From: Oopsacas minuta
Taxonomy: Eukaryota; Animalia; Porifera
Direction of reading: 5' to 3'
NCBI GenBank assembly: GCA_024704765.1
Contig: JAKMXF010000328.1
Coordinates: 62,001-126,000, forward strand
DNA length: 64,000 nucleotides
Part shown: piece after piece, positions 35,761 through 50,716 of the stretch
Numbering within the stretch: the stretch's first letter is position 1
Layout of the letters: each line of letters opens with the position of its first letter
The notes under the pieces: model-generated
Told to the model about the DNA's origin: nothing
Database searches by the model: none
What the model saw: the letters and a program-made list of their open reading frames with translations, nothing else
Program-made: the position numbers and the translations under genes

Positions 35761-38700
35761 AGGTCCATTGATAAAATGACGAGTTGTTAAAAAATATAAA
35801 ATGTAGGTTATAATCTTTAACTGATAATGCAAGCTGCAGAATAATACAGTTGCAACATTTAAATAGAACTACACAGGTGACTTTCCATGTTTACTGGCAA
35901 ACATACAAATAAGTTTCACACCTTCCCCATCAATGGAATTAATTACTACGTATGCATTCCTGATAAAAATTTGTTCCCTTTATTATAAATTCGTTACCTT
36001 TACTATAAATCATCTTACCTCACTTTGCTAACACAGAACTTCTATGTTTAGGTTTACGATATTAAAATTGTGACATTAGATTCTTCTGAAATCATTCATC
36101 CCAAATTCATTTATTATATTTGCAATATTATTTAGCCATTTAAAACCTGTTAAATTATTAACAATAATTGGCCAATCAAAAGTGGAGCGAAATGAAATGG
36201 AACAAAATGTCTGGAACGTTTTGTCGTGGAATGAAATGTTGGTATCCGAAAGAAAATGGCTAATTTATAGACAGAAGTCACCATTCGACAAACACTTGGA
36301 ACAAATTTATAATAGTACTCTACATATCATAATACATAATGAAAGAAATATTAGGTTAATGTAATTGATATTTGTCACTATCTCCAATAATAGAGTTTGT
36401 ATTAACATATTATTATGTGTCACTGTTACATTTATGGAGTGGAATAATCTTGTCTACTATTAACCCAAATAGATATAGCTGTATTGAAAGTAATGTTAAT
36501 GTAGAAAATTGGTCAATAATTGTGAAAAATTGCATTTATAATTCAGATAACCGATTGAGAGCAGCAGATTTCACAAGGACAATGTATGTAAATATTGATC
36601 ATAGGATTGCTGCTTTTACATTCGCTTTAAACTCGTTTGCACACAAAGTATTTAAACTAAGGAGAAAACTGGGTGAAAACGAAGAAGTTGTAAAGAGGAG
36701 TGGTCTAGAAGGAAGAAGAGTATAATAAGTTATATTGACTCTTCTAAGAAATGGTTTTCAGAGTTTTGGAAAGTATATTACCGAATAAAGAAATTGTAAA
36801 ATGTCCATTTCTAGAAAATCTATAAATTATTAATGATTCTAGTTTGCCTGTTAGTATTAAATTGGATACAATTGTATTAATAGTTAACTGATAGCACAAA
36901 ATACTGTTTCGAAAGGTAAAGATGTAGAAATAATTACAGACTTAGATTTTAAGTAATGAATACTTCCTAATAATTGAATTATTATATTAGTATAGGTAGT
37001 AATAATTAACTGGTGTCTTCAATAGATTACCAAATTAATTTGCGGAACTAATTTCGGCAATTGACTGCAACATAAACTTTAATAGTAGACAAGAGAAACA
37101 AAAATATTTCGGATCTTTCATCGGAAATTGTAATGGATTAAATGAAGCATAACTCGGATAAGACGTACCCCCTCGGGAAACAAAAATTAGTACGTACTAA
37201 CTGAAGTGCGTCTTTTCCGAATCTTTTTCCTATACAAACGGTACAAGAATTGATTATCTGTTTTAGAGAAAGTACGTAAAAACCGAGTTTTACTGTATGT
37301 AAATTTTTATTAGTTAAACTAGTTAGATATATAAAGTCCATCAACACTGTAAAATAAAACAGAAAGGAGTTTAAAACAAGGAACCAGCCGTATAATTTTA
37401 AACTACACTTTTGTGCATCCATAATTTGGAATTCTTCCTAAATTGTATTATTAAAGGGATCTTGTACAAGTACAGGACACACACCATATCGGGAATAGGG
37501 GAACCAGAATCAAAATCAAAGGAATCTGTAGTTGATAATTTACCTTCACATTACGAATATATCAACATGTGTTTATTGGGTGGATTAATATTCAGTGCCA
37601 TGCTTAAATTCTGAAGAAAGACATCTGAATATGATACCTGAAAATTGTTGAGAGTTTCTCCATAATTATGTAACAAAATATGTACTTAAAGACAAGCCAG
37701 AAGATTGAAATAAGACAAAAAGCGATTTAGATTTTAGAAGTGTCCATTGGGTTAAGTTACCATTACCAGGATATCACCAGTCACCACACTATCTGTCGTA
37801 GACAAATTCATTGAAGAGCTCTTCTACTGACGTTATTATTATAGTATATAAGCTTAGTTAATGTGTAAATCTATGCTGAATATATTGTGTGCATTCATGA
37901 TATAGCAAATAATATGTGTTTAATTCCAAATGGATTTTGGTATGTTCTGTTTAAATTGTCAATAAATGCAAAAGAATTTCGTTACAACTCCTAGTAGATT
38001 CTCATTAGTCATTACTATTTCATTTTGATTATAGTACTTTTATGTGTAAAATGTATTGTCCGAAAGCAATTGTACCAGATAAAATTAGAAATCATTTCTG
38101 GGATCTTATTGGGAGGAACATCTGAAAAAATATTCAGTTGGAATAAGTACTTGTTTGTTGTTCTTACATTTGTAATTTGCTATATTTTGAAAGCATTGAA
38201 TTACTTAATAAACTAATAAAGTATTTGCGAAGGGGATATAGAGTCTTCGTGACATGATGGGTACTTTTACACATGGATACAGGTAATAATTATAAATGTT
38301 GTGGTAACAGAAACAAGAGTAAAAATATCGCAAAATTAAGGAACTTTTAAACTTGAAAAGTATAATGTTAGCAAACTCTACTTAAGTATTCAAAATTTGG
38401 GCGCAATAGGGAATTCTGCCCTAATCTTGTAATGCTTTTTCTCTTTCTTCAAAATATTTCGTTTCGAAAGATTCCGACCTCTTATATATGACGCTTGTTT
38501 TACTTCAACCAAGCCTTGTTCTAAAACGCCTTATAGAAGGATGATTGCAAGACATGTGACAAGCAAATGAACGGTGCCATGCCTCAACTGCATTATTTGT
38601 CCTTGACAACCTATTCTGAACCATGAAGTGGTTATCCCACATTCCCATTGGAAATATGGGTGAGGACACAAGTGGGGAATTAGCGATATGCCTACCAAAT

Positions 38701-40279
38701 AAGTAGCTTCAAAGTATATTACCAAGTCGTAAGCTTCCCACGATGTTCATAACCTCAAATATCTTCGGAAAAATATGGTGCGTGGAATTTAGGTAGCAAA
38801 CTATGTATTTTTAAAGTTGAATTCAATGGAAAAAATTTTGAAATCGATTCCATGCGAATATAGAAACAAAATTGAATATCATTGTTCACACCTTTTCCTA
38901 TTCTAAAATGCATTTTAGTTCTGGAGCTATTAAGTTTAGACGTTTAGAATGTATTACCGACTGATAAAGAGTCATAAATTTTGGTTCTGTTGATGCTTAA
39001 ATTATATTTATAACTAATAGGGTTGTTGACTTATGAATTTCCTAGAGAATGATAGAAGAATGAGGAAATACTTTACTTGTTATGATTTAGATAATTATCC
39101 ATGATGAATGAAAATAGTATTTGCACTACTATTATTATATAAAACGAATTCTTTACATTTGCGACAAGATAAATATTTTGAGAATCTTCACATTGAATTC
39201 CACAAAAGAAATGTTTTGATAGTCGATTTCCATGGGCCACACTTTTTCAAACAGGAATGGCTTTTAGCACCGTGTTTGGGAACCAGCATATTATAAAATC
39301 TCAGCACATGGGAAATATTTTCTAGATCTTATGGATTACAATAATTTCATTATACCATAAATATCAAATCATCCAATATTAATTTAAATCACGTTTAACT
39401 GCATGATATAGTCACCATTTTACTAAAGTGAAGAAACTGGACTGCTAAAATAACTGGATAATTAATAAAACTTGAAAATAAGCCAAATTGAACCTAAAAA
39501 CTTGAACTGTTTAGATTCATATATTTGGAATTTGTATTATCCAATTCATATTAATATCAAGATGTATGATTCATAGTGTGATCACTTTGTTGAATTGCAT
39601 GTTAGATTTTCAAAATTATGTGGGGAGTCAATGGGTCACGCGATGGGCCACTGGACCACAAAATGGGTCAATGGGCCATGGATCACGGCTACGATGGGTC
39701 AGATGAACCATGGGTAGTGATCAGCCAGAGTACAATTCTTTGCCTAGACGGCAGTTGCCATACAGGCATAATTCTAGCTCGTCCAAAGTAATGTTTGAAA
39801 TTCTGGTATATATCTGGCATTACAGCTAAATTATGAGTATGGTTGGAAAATGCTTTGAATAATCTATACTATTAACCGAATACATACTATTTGAGGCACT
39901 GTGCCCCCAAGTAGGTAGATCATGGTTAAATTCTATTGTAGGAGTGTACTGTGTCAGTATATCAAAGCGAAGCCAACTAGATATGGCGTCAAAATCTGGT
40001 CCATCTGTAGTGCCGGTTGCGGTTATAGTCTAGCCCAGAACCTATTCTTAGGCTCCACTAGAAATCTTTTGGTCGAAGTGATATAGTATTACAGCTAACC
40101 AACCCATACTTTGATGAAGGCAATAAAATCTATAGTGACATATTCTTCTCCCATCTTGACTTGGCGGCCTATCTAACATCACGCAGAACAGGCATGGTCG
40201 GCACTTCATCTATCAAAAAACACTACAAGATCTCGATTACGTAGTCACCAATATGCATCCTCACACCTGGGCATATATA

Positions 40280-41168
40280 CAGGGCCGTCGAGAGGGGGGG
40301 GGGGGTAGGCGGGGTAATTACCCCGGAGCCCGGGGCCCGAGAGGGCCCGAGAAATTCTGTTTGTGAATGTATGCATGGGCTTTATTGGCTGCATTAAGTA
40401 GACAAGTAAAGGGGAAAATAAATACATCGCTGGGCAAAGTAATACTTTTGTTATTTAATCCTTCCTAGAAACCCAGTCTTTGGAAAGAAGTATCCTAATG
40501 ATATTTCCCAAAACCATTTGGGAGAAGGTGATTCATCTTAAAGCCACCCATATTGCTAATTTTGGAAACGAATCTTTGGGTCCTCTAAATATTTTGAACA
40601 CTATAAGAAAATTTAAGTTAGATGAAATATTTTGCAATGTCTGTACTGCATTGAGGAGGTTCTGCACATTGCCTGTTACCGTTGCTTCTGCTGAACGTTC
40701 GTTTAGCAAGTTGAAACTCATCAAGAACTTTCTGAGAAGCACTATGAGTCAGGGAAGACTGAACGATCTCGTGATGTTGTGCATCGAGGCTGAACGTGCA
40801 AAGCGTATTGACTTTCGAGACATAATCAATGATTTTGCTATGAAGAAGGCACGCAAAGCTTTCTGTTAATTACACTGACCGTTAATTTTTGTATTTTTCT
40901 GTTCTTAACTACAATAACTCTTGAAGTATTAGCTTTGTAGTATTAGTTTTTCATTTATACTACTTAACATCATAAACTCTATAGCTATATAGCTATATAG
41001 TTATAGGCTATTTGAAAATGCATAAAATATAAGAGTATATAGGATTGTATTGATTTAAGAATTTAATATATATATAATACGAATGCGATAGTTTGCGTTT
41101 AGTTTGTTCACTTCACGATAACGGAACAAAATATCAGAGGGGGGCCGCTCGCGCTCTCGACGGCCCTG
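40280..41168 (+). mobile_element. Internally deleted hAT element retaining the dimerization-domain ORF (40480-40869)
   Basis: TIR CAGGGCCGTCGAGAG; 8-bp TSD CATATATA; LPVTVASAERSFSKLKLIKNFLRSTMSQGRL. Confidence 0.9.
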
Positions 41169-42257
41169 CATATATATGGTTCATCTTCCAGGCTACAAGC
41201 AAGCACAATCCCAAAATAGGACCCACCATAAACTACAAGCATGTGAGCACGTATGTCTCCTCGTATGGAATGACAAGAGGTATAGGACCGCTGATAAGAA
41301 ATAGTATTCATTACGAACTGTCTACCAGAATTTCAACCTCTTACGATAAACAATTTCATCACAAGAATATTCGTGACGCCTAGTTACATTACGACCCTTT
41401 ATGACATCATTACCTCAAGAAACTACAAAACATTTGCATTCAATCTAGTCCTTCCATTACCATAGTCCATAGATGCTATTATTCAGCATCAGGTGCAATT
41501 AATCCTCAAAGTGACTAATCTCAAAAGTGAATTTCGAAAGGGACATTGCCTCATTTGTAAATTACCAGTCGCACAGCTTGCTTAGCCTGTCAACAGCTGT
41601 AACAGCTCTGATTGTGGTAGAGAACATCTGAGGCGACAGAATGTTCAGAATGAAACTAGTCACCTGGATGCTGAAGAGATTCAATCAATTCTACTCCCTG
41701 ACGAAACTAGTCAATAAGACAATCTATCTTGAAACACTACTCCTGATCAACTTGATGAGTTTGATCTGATAGAGGAAGTAATTGGAACATCTCAACAGGT
41801 CGAGTTGAGTGGATTTGACCTGTAATAGTATATACTACTTTCCATTAATCCATGAGTCATAAAGATAGTCTTACTTCTACTCCAGGGCTTAAATGTGTAT
41901 TCTTATTGTAATTGATGTATTAACTTACCCTAAGGCCAAGTACAATACGTTGATGGTGGATGTTGGCAAGTATGCCATGTATTTCTATAATAGTATCTAA
42001 TTCTGTCCCCTGCCCTATTTCCTGGAAATTCATGGTTGAGATGTGAAATACAAGGGCCGTGCTTCACAATTTAGATGTTTTATCATGAATGGTTCTAGCC
42101 TGAATATTCAGTTATATATTTTATAGCACGGAGTCATTTAATTGTAAAACACTCTAAAATGTCTATCAAAGTATTAATGCACCAAACGGTGAGAATAGAG
42201 TTGTATACTAAACATAGTTATGTAAGGTATCAATTATACCATAATCGGCAATAGAAA

Positions 42258-42402
42258 CAGGGTTTCTTTCAGGATTTCATGTAAGAGGAGCAAATGAAGG
42301 TTTGTAGGACTATAAAGGGAGTATGGTGCCTTAGAAATGATATTTTAGTCATTTCTAAGGTGGGGGAGGGACAAATGCCCATACCCCCTGAAAGAAACCC
42401 TG
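42258..42402. mobile_element. 145-bp hAT-like MITE
   Basis: Perfect 16-bp TIR CAGGGTTTCTTTCAGG; TSD not conserved. Confidence 0.6.
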
Positions 42403-42874
42403 ACAAAGTATTATGGATAGATACTATCTGTGTTTTATATGTTGAATGAAATTTTAACTACTTTGCTCGTTACTTTGTAGTAGATTTTTCAAAACTAGTT
42501 AGATTATTTATAGATTACATGAATATACAATAGTGTACGTATACTGATTCTAAACAAGTCAGTTATATTCATGACTCATATAATACACAAATTTATCAAT
42601 AGCATCATATTTGGATTTTTAGTAGATCACGCATAAATGTGTCAGCTAAGTATACTTTGCGGTGCCTCAACCTAACTAACCAGATAATAGGTGATTCAAT
42701 AAGAAAATTTGTTTCCTAGTTGAAAGTACGCTGAATTCATAGAGATATTGAACTCATAATCTCGTGTAATTCAAAAGTAATTTCGTATTTCCCCCAAATG
42801 CCTACCGTGTAGTAGGCCTGTTTATCGAATATAAGTTAAATAATTTCTACTCCTTTCCTAGCTACCACACACTA

Positions 42875-43273
42875 ATGGCTTCGAAGAATAGACACAGCAA
42901 ATTTCGCCATGTTGATGTTCGTGGAAATAAACAAGAAACTTGTATGCAAAATATTAATTTTTTTTCTGGTGGCTCTTCAGATTCATCAATTTGTGATGTT
43001 AGTCGAAAATTTATTGCTGTTATCCATGAGGCTATCGGCGGCGGGTCATTCATCGTAATCAGACTTGATGAATATGGTCGTTATGAACTCCAACATCCTA
43101 AAGTTTGTGGGCACGCATCTACTGTTCTTGATGTAAAATGGTCACCCTTCAATGACAATATTGTAGCATCTTGTTCTGCTGATGGTACATTAAAGTCATG
43201 GTATATTCCTGATGGAGGTTTGACTGGTTCTAATCTAACAGAATGTCTAGTTGAATGCAATGCCCCGAAAAAG
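42875..43273 (+). CDS. CORO: Coronin, coding exon 1
   Basis: MASKNRHSKFRHV...FIAV..EAIGGGSFIV...P.VCGH...VLDVKWSPFNDNIVASCSADGT...IPDGGL, a typical coronin N-terminus; donor AAG|GTTATA after 133 codons (phase 0). Confidence 0.9.
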
Positions 43274-46200
43274 GTTATAAATTCATAAGTTGATTATATT
43301 ATTTATTATTTTTACGCGATAGTTTACAGCAGTGTATAAACTTATGTATCTATAACTCTGGGACATCATAATTCTGGTCACTCGTACCCCTACATCACTC
43401 TTAAATACTTGCAGGACTTGTGTTCATTAACATTATCAGAGGAATTGTTTAACTTGGTATAATCATAACCTACAATCCTACTCTACATATGGCCCGACAA
43501 TAACCTATAGATTGGGACTTTGGATAAGTAACTTGATTGAAAAATATCCTTGCGGTTTATAGATTGAGAAACGGTGCATCTTGCCCTAGTAAATTTAATG
43601 CAAAATTTTTGAGCAACAATTTTTATCCATTTTATGCTGTAAAATTTGAGTAGTGTATCAAAATAGTGTCTAGTGAGCATTTATTTGTTAAAATATGCGA
43701 TTATTTGATACCTTTTATAACTTTAGATAATTAATTTTTCATCTAAGGTGAATGCATGTTTTTTCTGATTTTCTTACAAATTTGGGGAAAAGTATAGTCG
43801 GATCATGACTAGAGATCTGAAGACTTTTATATGAGTAGTTTGTGGTGGTTTCATGTTGGCCAATAATACTTTACATGATAACAAACTTTTACTGTTCTGA
43901 GAATGCTGTGAAAATCATTTTAATAGGTGATGCATCTCACACCACTGCTGGGAACACACATCTCCATATATATCTTCTAAACAGATTGGTTATAATTTAT
44001 TTTTGCTGAATTGGAACATCCTCAAATACTCAAATCCCAGTTTTTAGATCTTTACTCATGATTTAGCTATTTAATTACAAAATTTGGTTTAAACCGGATA
44101 AAAGGCACTAAAAACCTGCATAATTCCAAAATTTATATGATTCCATCAGGGTTGGGCCCGATTACGGTTACAATCGTAATCATGTTTATATTTGGCTGTA
44201 GTATAATCAAATTCGTAATCAAATCATTCTATCAGATTGTAATCTTACTATTCATCGTATCATGCTAACTTATTATTCCATTGATCTTTCAAATTATGGT
44301 TATACGTCATATAGTTAATAAGGAACAAATTGCATTCTATGTATATAGTTGGGTTTATTGAATTCACCTTTCCCTTGTGTGTTCGAACTTTTCAAATGAT
44401 TTGCCATATCAATTACTTGGAAACAGTATGATGCAAAAGTTACTGGGAAAACTACTTCTAACTTCATAACCTATCTTAAGAGGAGCCATTTAGTTATCCC
44501 TTGATCATTAGATGCCAAGAATATACCATATGATCGTAGTCAAGGAACAGTATCTACAACCAAAAGCAAAAAGAGTCCCGGATCAGGGTAATCAGAATGA
44601 GACAACTGAGACAATTTTTACTTAGTTGCAATGGACCTACTGCCTCTACTGTAGTTATAGGCCTTTCATTCAGGAATATTCTTGAGAAAGCTCAGCCGTG
44701 CTACTTGATGCCATTTAGAAAGTATCTAAGTAGTACTTTGTTGACCTAAAGTTACTTCAGGTCATGTGCTGATATCTGTGATTTTCTCACTTGCGCCACC
44801 ACTATTCTTGACAATTGATATTTGGTCAGATAGACAGAAGCGGTCTCCTCTTGGAGTGATCAGTCACTTTATTATTGACTTTAAATTAAAGAGCGTTATG
44901 TTTGCCTGACGTCGACTTCCTGGGTTACACATAGGTGAAATATTGTCCATCATTTTAAAACATTCCCATTTCCTATCACTAGATAAGTAGATAGAGTAAT
45001 TACTAATAATGCTAGTAATATGAAGAAAGCTTTCCATTTTATCGATATTTGTAATAATGAAGATCGAAATCATAGTGATGGAACGAGCATTGTGACGATG
45101 AGGAGGAATTCTTGACAATGGAGACAGATGAAATGTCTTTTCAACTTGATCTCCATCCGCTAATCATCCATCATCACTCCTGTTTCGATCACAGATCGCA
45201 AATGGTTTGTAAAAATGGCCTGAAAATGTTACACAATTCCAAAGAGAATTGGGAAAGATTTCTAAACTAGTATCTTATGTGGGTCACTCATCACAAGGCT
45301 GTAACCACTTCGAAAAATGATTTCCATTCCAGATGGTCAATGCCACTTGATGGACAACTAACGCTGATCATATCTTACTTATTTTATCGGATTCTAATAT
45401 CCAAATGCTTGACTTTAGCGGGAAACTCAATGCTCTTATGCCAAAGTTCTGCCGTCGTATTCATTAAGAGTCTCTATAAATGGAGATCCTCGATAATCCT
45501 GGCAATTTTGGTCAGCAGCCATTCATTTCCATAGAAACGAACCTTAATAAGCGGTGGGTGGGGGAATGGGGAATATATTGAAATTTAATTTCGACTACGC
45601 GAAAGATCTGTGCCTCAGGTTAGCCAGTATTTATGGGATAATTTCTTTGTACTTTAAGTCACTACGCGACTAACTTCTCTCGAGCGAGGTTGTGAGCGCC
45701 ATGTCATAGCCTGCTACGACAAATTTTGCGAGCGATGGGAGAAGAACCATAAGGACTCACTTCCATTCTTGTCAACCGTCCCATTTTGACGGGACATCCT
45801 GCATTTTCGGACGCCAAAACTTGTCGAAAGCCTAAAAACCAGCCCACACACATAACCTCGAAATTGATTAGAAATGTCGTAATCTCAATTTTCTTATCAT
45901 AGCTCTACTTTTCTCATCAAAATTCTATAATAATTCCGCATTGGCCCGTTTTTTTGTATTCCAGTCTCATGTGTATCCTATGTCCCACGATGTCCCTCTA
46001 TACTAGTACTTTTCGTCAGCTTTTTCTTCACTCAGGTTGGCAATATGCATTTAGAGATTCAAAAAATGGTGTGGTAAGAATCTATTAGTTGGGTTACTGA
46101 TTATTGATCTTATGCATTTTGAGACAATAGATCTTATTAGTAAGAATGTTTCATGTTCAAATGGTAATGACAGAATTGAAAAATGGGGCATTGCAGCCCT

Positions 46201-46878
46201 GCCCATTATAGTTACTCGCCTAGACGTGTTTGCTCTATTAACTACGGAACTTCCCGTTGTCCCGCAGTGCTAATTCGCTCCTCGCTCATTCAATCAATAT
46301 ACTTTCCTTAGAGTCTTTGAACACTTTACACTAATTGATATAAATTGTAACCTGGGATTTCAAATTTACAACCTATACTAAGTCAAATAGCGTATAGAAT
46401 GTGCAATCCGAATATCAAGGATTTCCTAAGAATAGGAGAATAGGGTGCTACATTTGTTTGAATTTACATGTTGGCAATAATTCGAAAGTTAAATACATTG
46501 GAACATCATCAAAACTAATGGACGGTCAAAAATTTTTCTCCTTATTCGGAGTTCGTGTTAAGCGGAATAATTCCAATTGAATGACTATTCTTAGACCTGA
46601 TTTTGTTGAAATATATGTTTGTCTTATCTTGATATTCGTGTTAACAATTTCGTATTAACGCGGTTCCACTGTTTATGCGCTATTTCGGAATAATTTTGAA
46701 GTTGGCATTATTAGTTAGAATGAATTTTGATTTTGGAATTAGTATTAGTGTTTGCAATCCCTGGATTGGATACTACACATAATATTATATACTTAATTGC
46801 TCACGCTAGTAGAAGTGAATCAAATTCCAAATCTCATCTAATAAAATGAATATTTCTAATATATCTACAAAATACATA

Positions 46879-47114
46879 CCGTAGTCTGGGGCTACTTTGG
46901 CCCACTGGGTTTGCTTTAGCCCAAATATCAAAGTTTCAAAGAAACTAGATTAGATTCAGTATTATACTTGAATATGACTTGCCAAATTATTAACGAATTT
47001 TCAAATATCGTTAGAGAATTTCGAATACAAATACAATATCTATTCGATACGTAAGCAAATTTCAATATTTGGGCCAAAGCAAACCCAGTGGGCCAAAGTA
47101 ACCCCAGTTTACGG
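46879..47114. mobile_element. 236-bp Tc1/pogo-type MITE
   Basis: ~48-bp TIR ccgta(gt/aa)ctgggg(c/t)tactttggcccactgggtttgcttt(a/g)gcccaaat; TA TSD. Confidence 0.85.
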
Positions 47115-48499
47115 TACGCAATTAATCTATACTAGCGCACTTCGCTTAATAGGTCTCTACGAGACAGCTTAGGGCCTCAAGTTTGCTTAGGTATTAACCA
47201 GCTACGTTTATTGATGCTTTTGTTGGATACGAAACGGGATATACTCAGCACTTTGTGCCTCAGGGAAAATTTTTATCGAAATATTTATTTATTATCCATG
47301 GTCTATCTAAATTCTACTTAATGGCCTTCTTTGGTAATATTTGAACTCTTATGGCTTTAGGTGAGTAGTCTTTGCACTTCGTATCTCCAATAATATGAAA
47401 TTTCTCAAAAAATTTTGTAGTCATGATTACGTAGTAACCCATGATGAGTTAGCTTTTGGCTAAAATCATGACGCCAGGATATTTGTCACAATGAAGGGGC
47501 CCTTGATTCAAATTTCAGACTTCTATCATGTATATTAGCTGAGCAGTGGTTAATAATTTGACTTTTCGGAAATCCAAAAAGGTTACAATGAGGTCATAAT
47601 TTCGTCATTGGTGTGAATATTCGTCCAAGACACGAACTAGTACGGGCCAGGCCCAAAATACCACGGTGTGCCATAACTCGACCTAGGGATCTTTCAGTTT
47701 ACGAAGAAGAAGTAGTCAGTCAATTCAAAAAATGATTTCACTCATAAATTTGACCGACTTTCCGTATAGCTAACGAAATATCTTGTTATTATTCGAAAGT
47801 ATAGCGTAGGTGGATTACGAAAATGTCATCAGAATTGTAAAATATGTGTGATGACTTAGCATTGAGGTATAAAATTTTTCATTCGTGTCAACTATTATGT
47901 GCTATTTGACCAGCTTCTCATTATAATATTGATTATGGTTTCTTCTCCATCTTATTGAGAGTTGGTGGACCATGTGTTTAAAGTTTCTGACTTGTAACAC
48001 GAATTCTAACTTTGAGATCAATTCTTGAAGTTATTTCTCTTACAACTCCTTCAAAATTTATAGATACATAATTATATTTCCTTAAAAAATACAGGTGGTC
48101 GTTATTAGTTGTTTTAACGATTGGTGGTCATATATTTTCAAGAGGTCATTTTCATTTTGAGTCAGTGTTATATTTATTTCTTGTGCATACAAGTAAATGC
48201 ATACGTATCTAGTAACATTTGCGTCAATCTTATGGTATTTTTTCGGAACTAACATATATAATTTTACCCCATCACCTAAATTCTTATTGTCGTATAGTGG
48301 GAATATGATGTAATTATGACTTTAGCTGAGTCTTCAATATCATTTTCATCTTTTTGGTGATCTATATTTACACTTGAATTCGAGTTACCAGAGGATATGT
48401 TTCTTATTGCGTGGGCATCATCTGCCTAGGATTTTCCGTCTATAAAAATTTGTAGGAGTCATTTCATTAATTGTATTGATAAAGAAAATTCTGGAGAAA

Positions 48500-48850
48500 A
48501 TTGCTTGTATTTCTTCAATACAACTGAAGCTCAGTTGTGGGTAGATGGAGCAATATTCTATGGGTTATCTAATGCTAGAAATAAATCTTGATTTTGTATT
48601 TTACTGATGCATGTTTTATTGATTAGTGTTTACACTTCATTAATGTCATCACAGGTACTTATAGTAATAGCTTTGTTGAGTGTAGTCCACTGTTAGTTTT
48701 GTGGTTAGTTCTAATACAACCTTGTCATAGTTTGTTTATCAATTGTTTGTTAAAAAATATGTATGTTTAAGTGGAGAGGTATTGAGCTTTTTCATTAGTT
48801 GGGTATTGGAACAAAGAATTGAATTTGATACTAATGGCATTACCAGTTTA
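48500..48850 (-). repeat. Second copy of the decayed repeat at 28380-28830
   Basis: Same shared sequence blocks. Confidence 0.4.
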
Positions 48851-48899
48851 CAATATGTTTTTTCTCAATATCTTATTTTTGTTGAAAGTTAGTTTAAGA

Positions 48900-50714
48900 A
48901 TCAATTCCCCTTCCCCAGGTTCACAATCCTAAGCGTAATGTCCATTACCTCATTTCGCGAAATGTCTCCTGATTACGATACTACAAGAAACCTCTGGAAC
49001 AACAGAGCTGGGTTAATTGTTCTGTCCTCGTACACTTTGATTGCCCTAGCTAATGCCATTATCTTCACTTTCAACTTTCTTTTTATTCAAGGAAAATCCC
49101 GTCTTTCCATTTCACCACTGCTAACTTGCCGATGTTGAACATGTTACAAAGATTGACATCCTCGTTTGCATTCACACTTGTAATGATCTTACTTGAATGT
49201 GCTTCATCAGAGAATGGATAAAGGCCCTTGAGTTTCTCAACTATCTTCTTCAGGTCCGCAAGATCTTTATTCATCCTGGACGCTGTTGCCTCCTTTTCTT
49301 GTCCACTAGTGGTGAACATACGGGTAAAATCTTGCATCGCATCATAGTCTGTTGACGACACATGTAAACGCTCCCCACTAGCAAAACAACCCCTCGAACT
49401 AGGCTGTCATCTGGTAGTTCTTGTTTGATTTGTGAAGCTTTCCAATTCACCTGGTCAAATGTGACAATTGCTGGGCTGTGTGTGGTGCTCATAAACAAGC
49501 TTGCATATGTACTCAAGTGTTGAGAAGATATATGTCTTTCCGGCATACATATCAACCATTGTTAAGAAGACCACAGAAGATTGTTCTGTGTGATTTACGG
49601 TGCTTGTGGAAAAGTGTATCATTCTTTGCTAATTCCGTACAAGCTGTTTCAAGCGGAAGGACATCTCCCATAGTATATCAATCCTGCGATTAGCAGACTC
49701 AAGGAATGACAATTGCTGAAATTTAATCCTGCGGTGTGTGTGTGTGGAAAACGGGTATTCTTTAACATAGACTTTGTTCAGGACAGCTATATGTAAATCC
49801 GAATTATTTCTTCTGAAAATTGTTTGGGCGTTATCGCTGCCATCATCCCTCTACCGTGGAATCGTCCCTTCCCGTTCAATGTAACGATATTATGATCAAA
49901 TTTGCCTGCCGTAAACAACCTATCTAATCTGTCACTGTCATAACCAATACATCTGAATGATCTGATGCAACAGAAGCCGTAGCATTTTCTTCAAATCTCT
50001 GAACCTCTGAACCTCAGAATATGAAGAGAAAAGCCATGGCTAAGAGACAATCTATCAATATCGTGACCTGAAATGGTGGTGCATCTGAGCAGCTAAGCCA
50101 AGCTGTAATGGGGAAATCACAACCCTGGGACGGACTGCTTGGACAATTGCATCCCCAATACTTGCTTCTTTCCTATGAGTGTACTCGTTGTAACATACTT
50201 TAATGCTGACTATAATTCCAGTTCAGAAGCTTTTTGATGCTCATCAGTATTCAGTGAGTTCTTCGACTTGAGTTCACTTTTGATATGTCTAGCAGCTGTC
50301 TCTATGGTAAGTCTTTTCTGGGATTCCTTATCATCCACCTTTTGACATGCTGAAATATACTCTCAGGATTTGTTTAGTCTTCTCTTGGAATGTTACAATA
50401 TCATGCAACCTTTCGCCCTCGGCTATGAATATAGACTCTCTCTAATGATCAACAGTAGACTTTAGGTACTGATGACCCTGGTGACATCATCTCGTTCGAT
50501 CTGATGCTCCTTATTTTACTGGCAAGACAAGTGATTGTCGATTGTTCTTCATCGCTTTCCTCAAAGAGGGAGCACGTTATTAGGAAGGATTGTTCTTGGT
50601 CATTGCTTTTAGGCCTCCATGTATAATTCAAATGCTAAGTAAAGAACGTATTGGATCATCCATTGGTGATATCTATCAAACATCAATTGGAACGCATTAC
50701 AAAATACTACCAAC
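48900..50714 (-). pseudogene. Probable Academ-type transposase remnant
   Basis: IVTFDQVNWKA..I (cf. TFDQPLYWKA), FDHNIVTLNGKGRFHGRGMM (cf. DHN..TLDGK.TFHGMG), DLADLKKIVEKLKGLYPF; family from motif memory. Confidence 0.55.
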
Positions 50715-50716
50715 TA

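Noticed and set aside
39630-39720. Degenerate atggg(t/c)ca repeats as CRISPR-like or regulatory array
   Set aside because: Units are very short and irregular with no unique spacers, and the context is eukaryotic.
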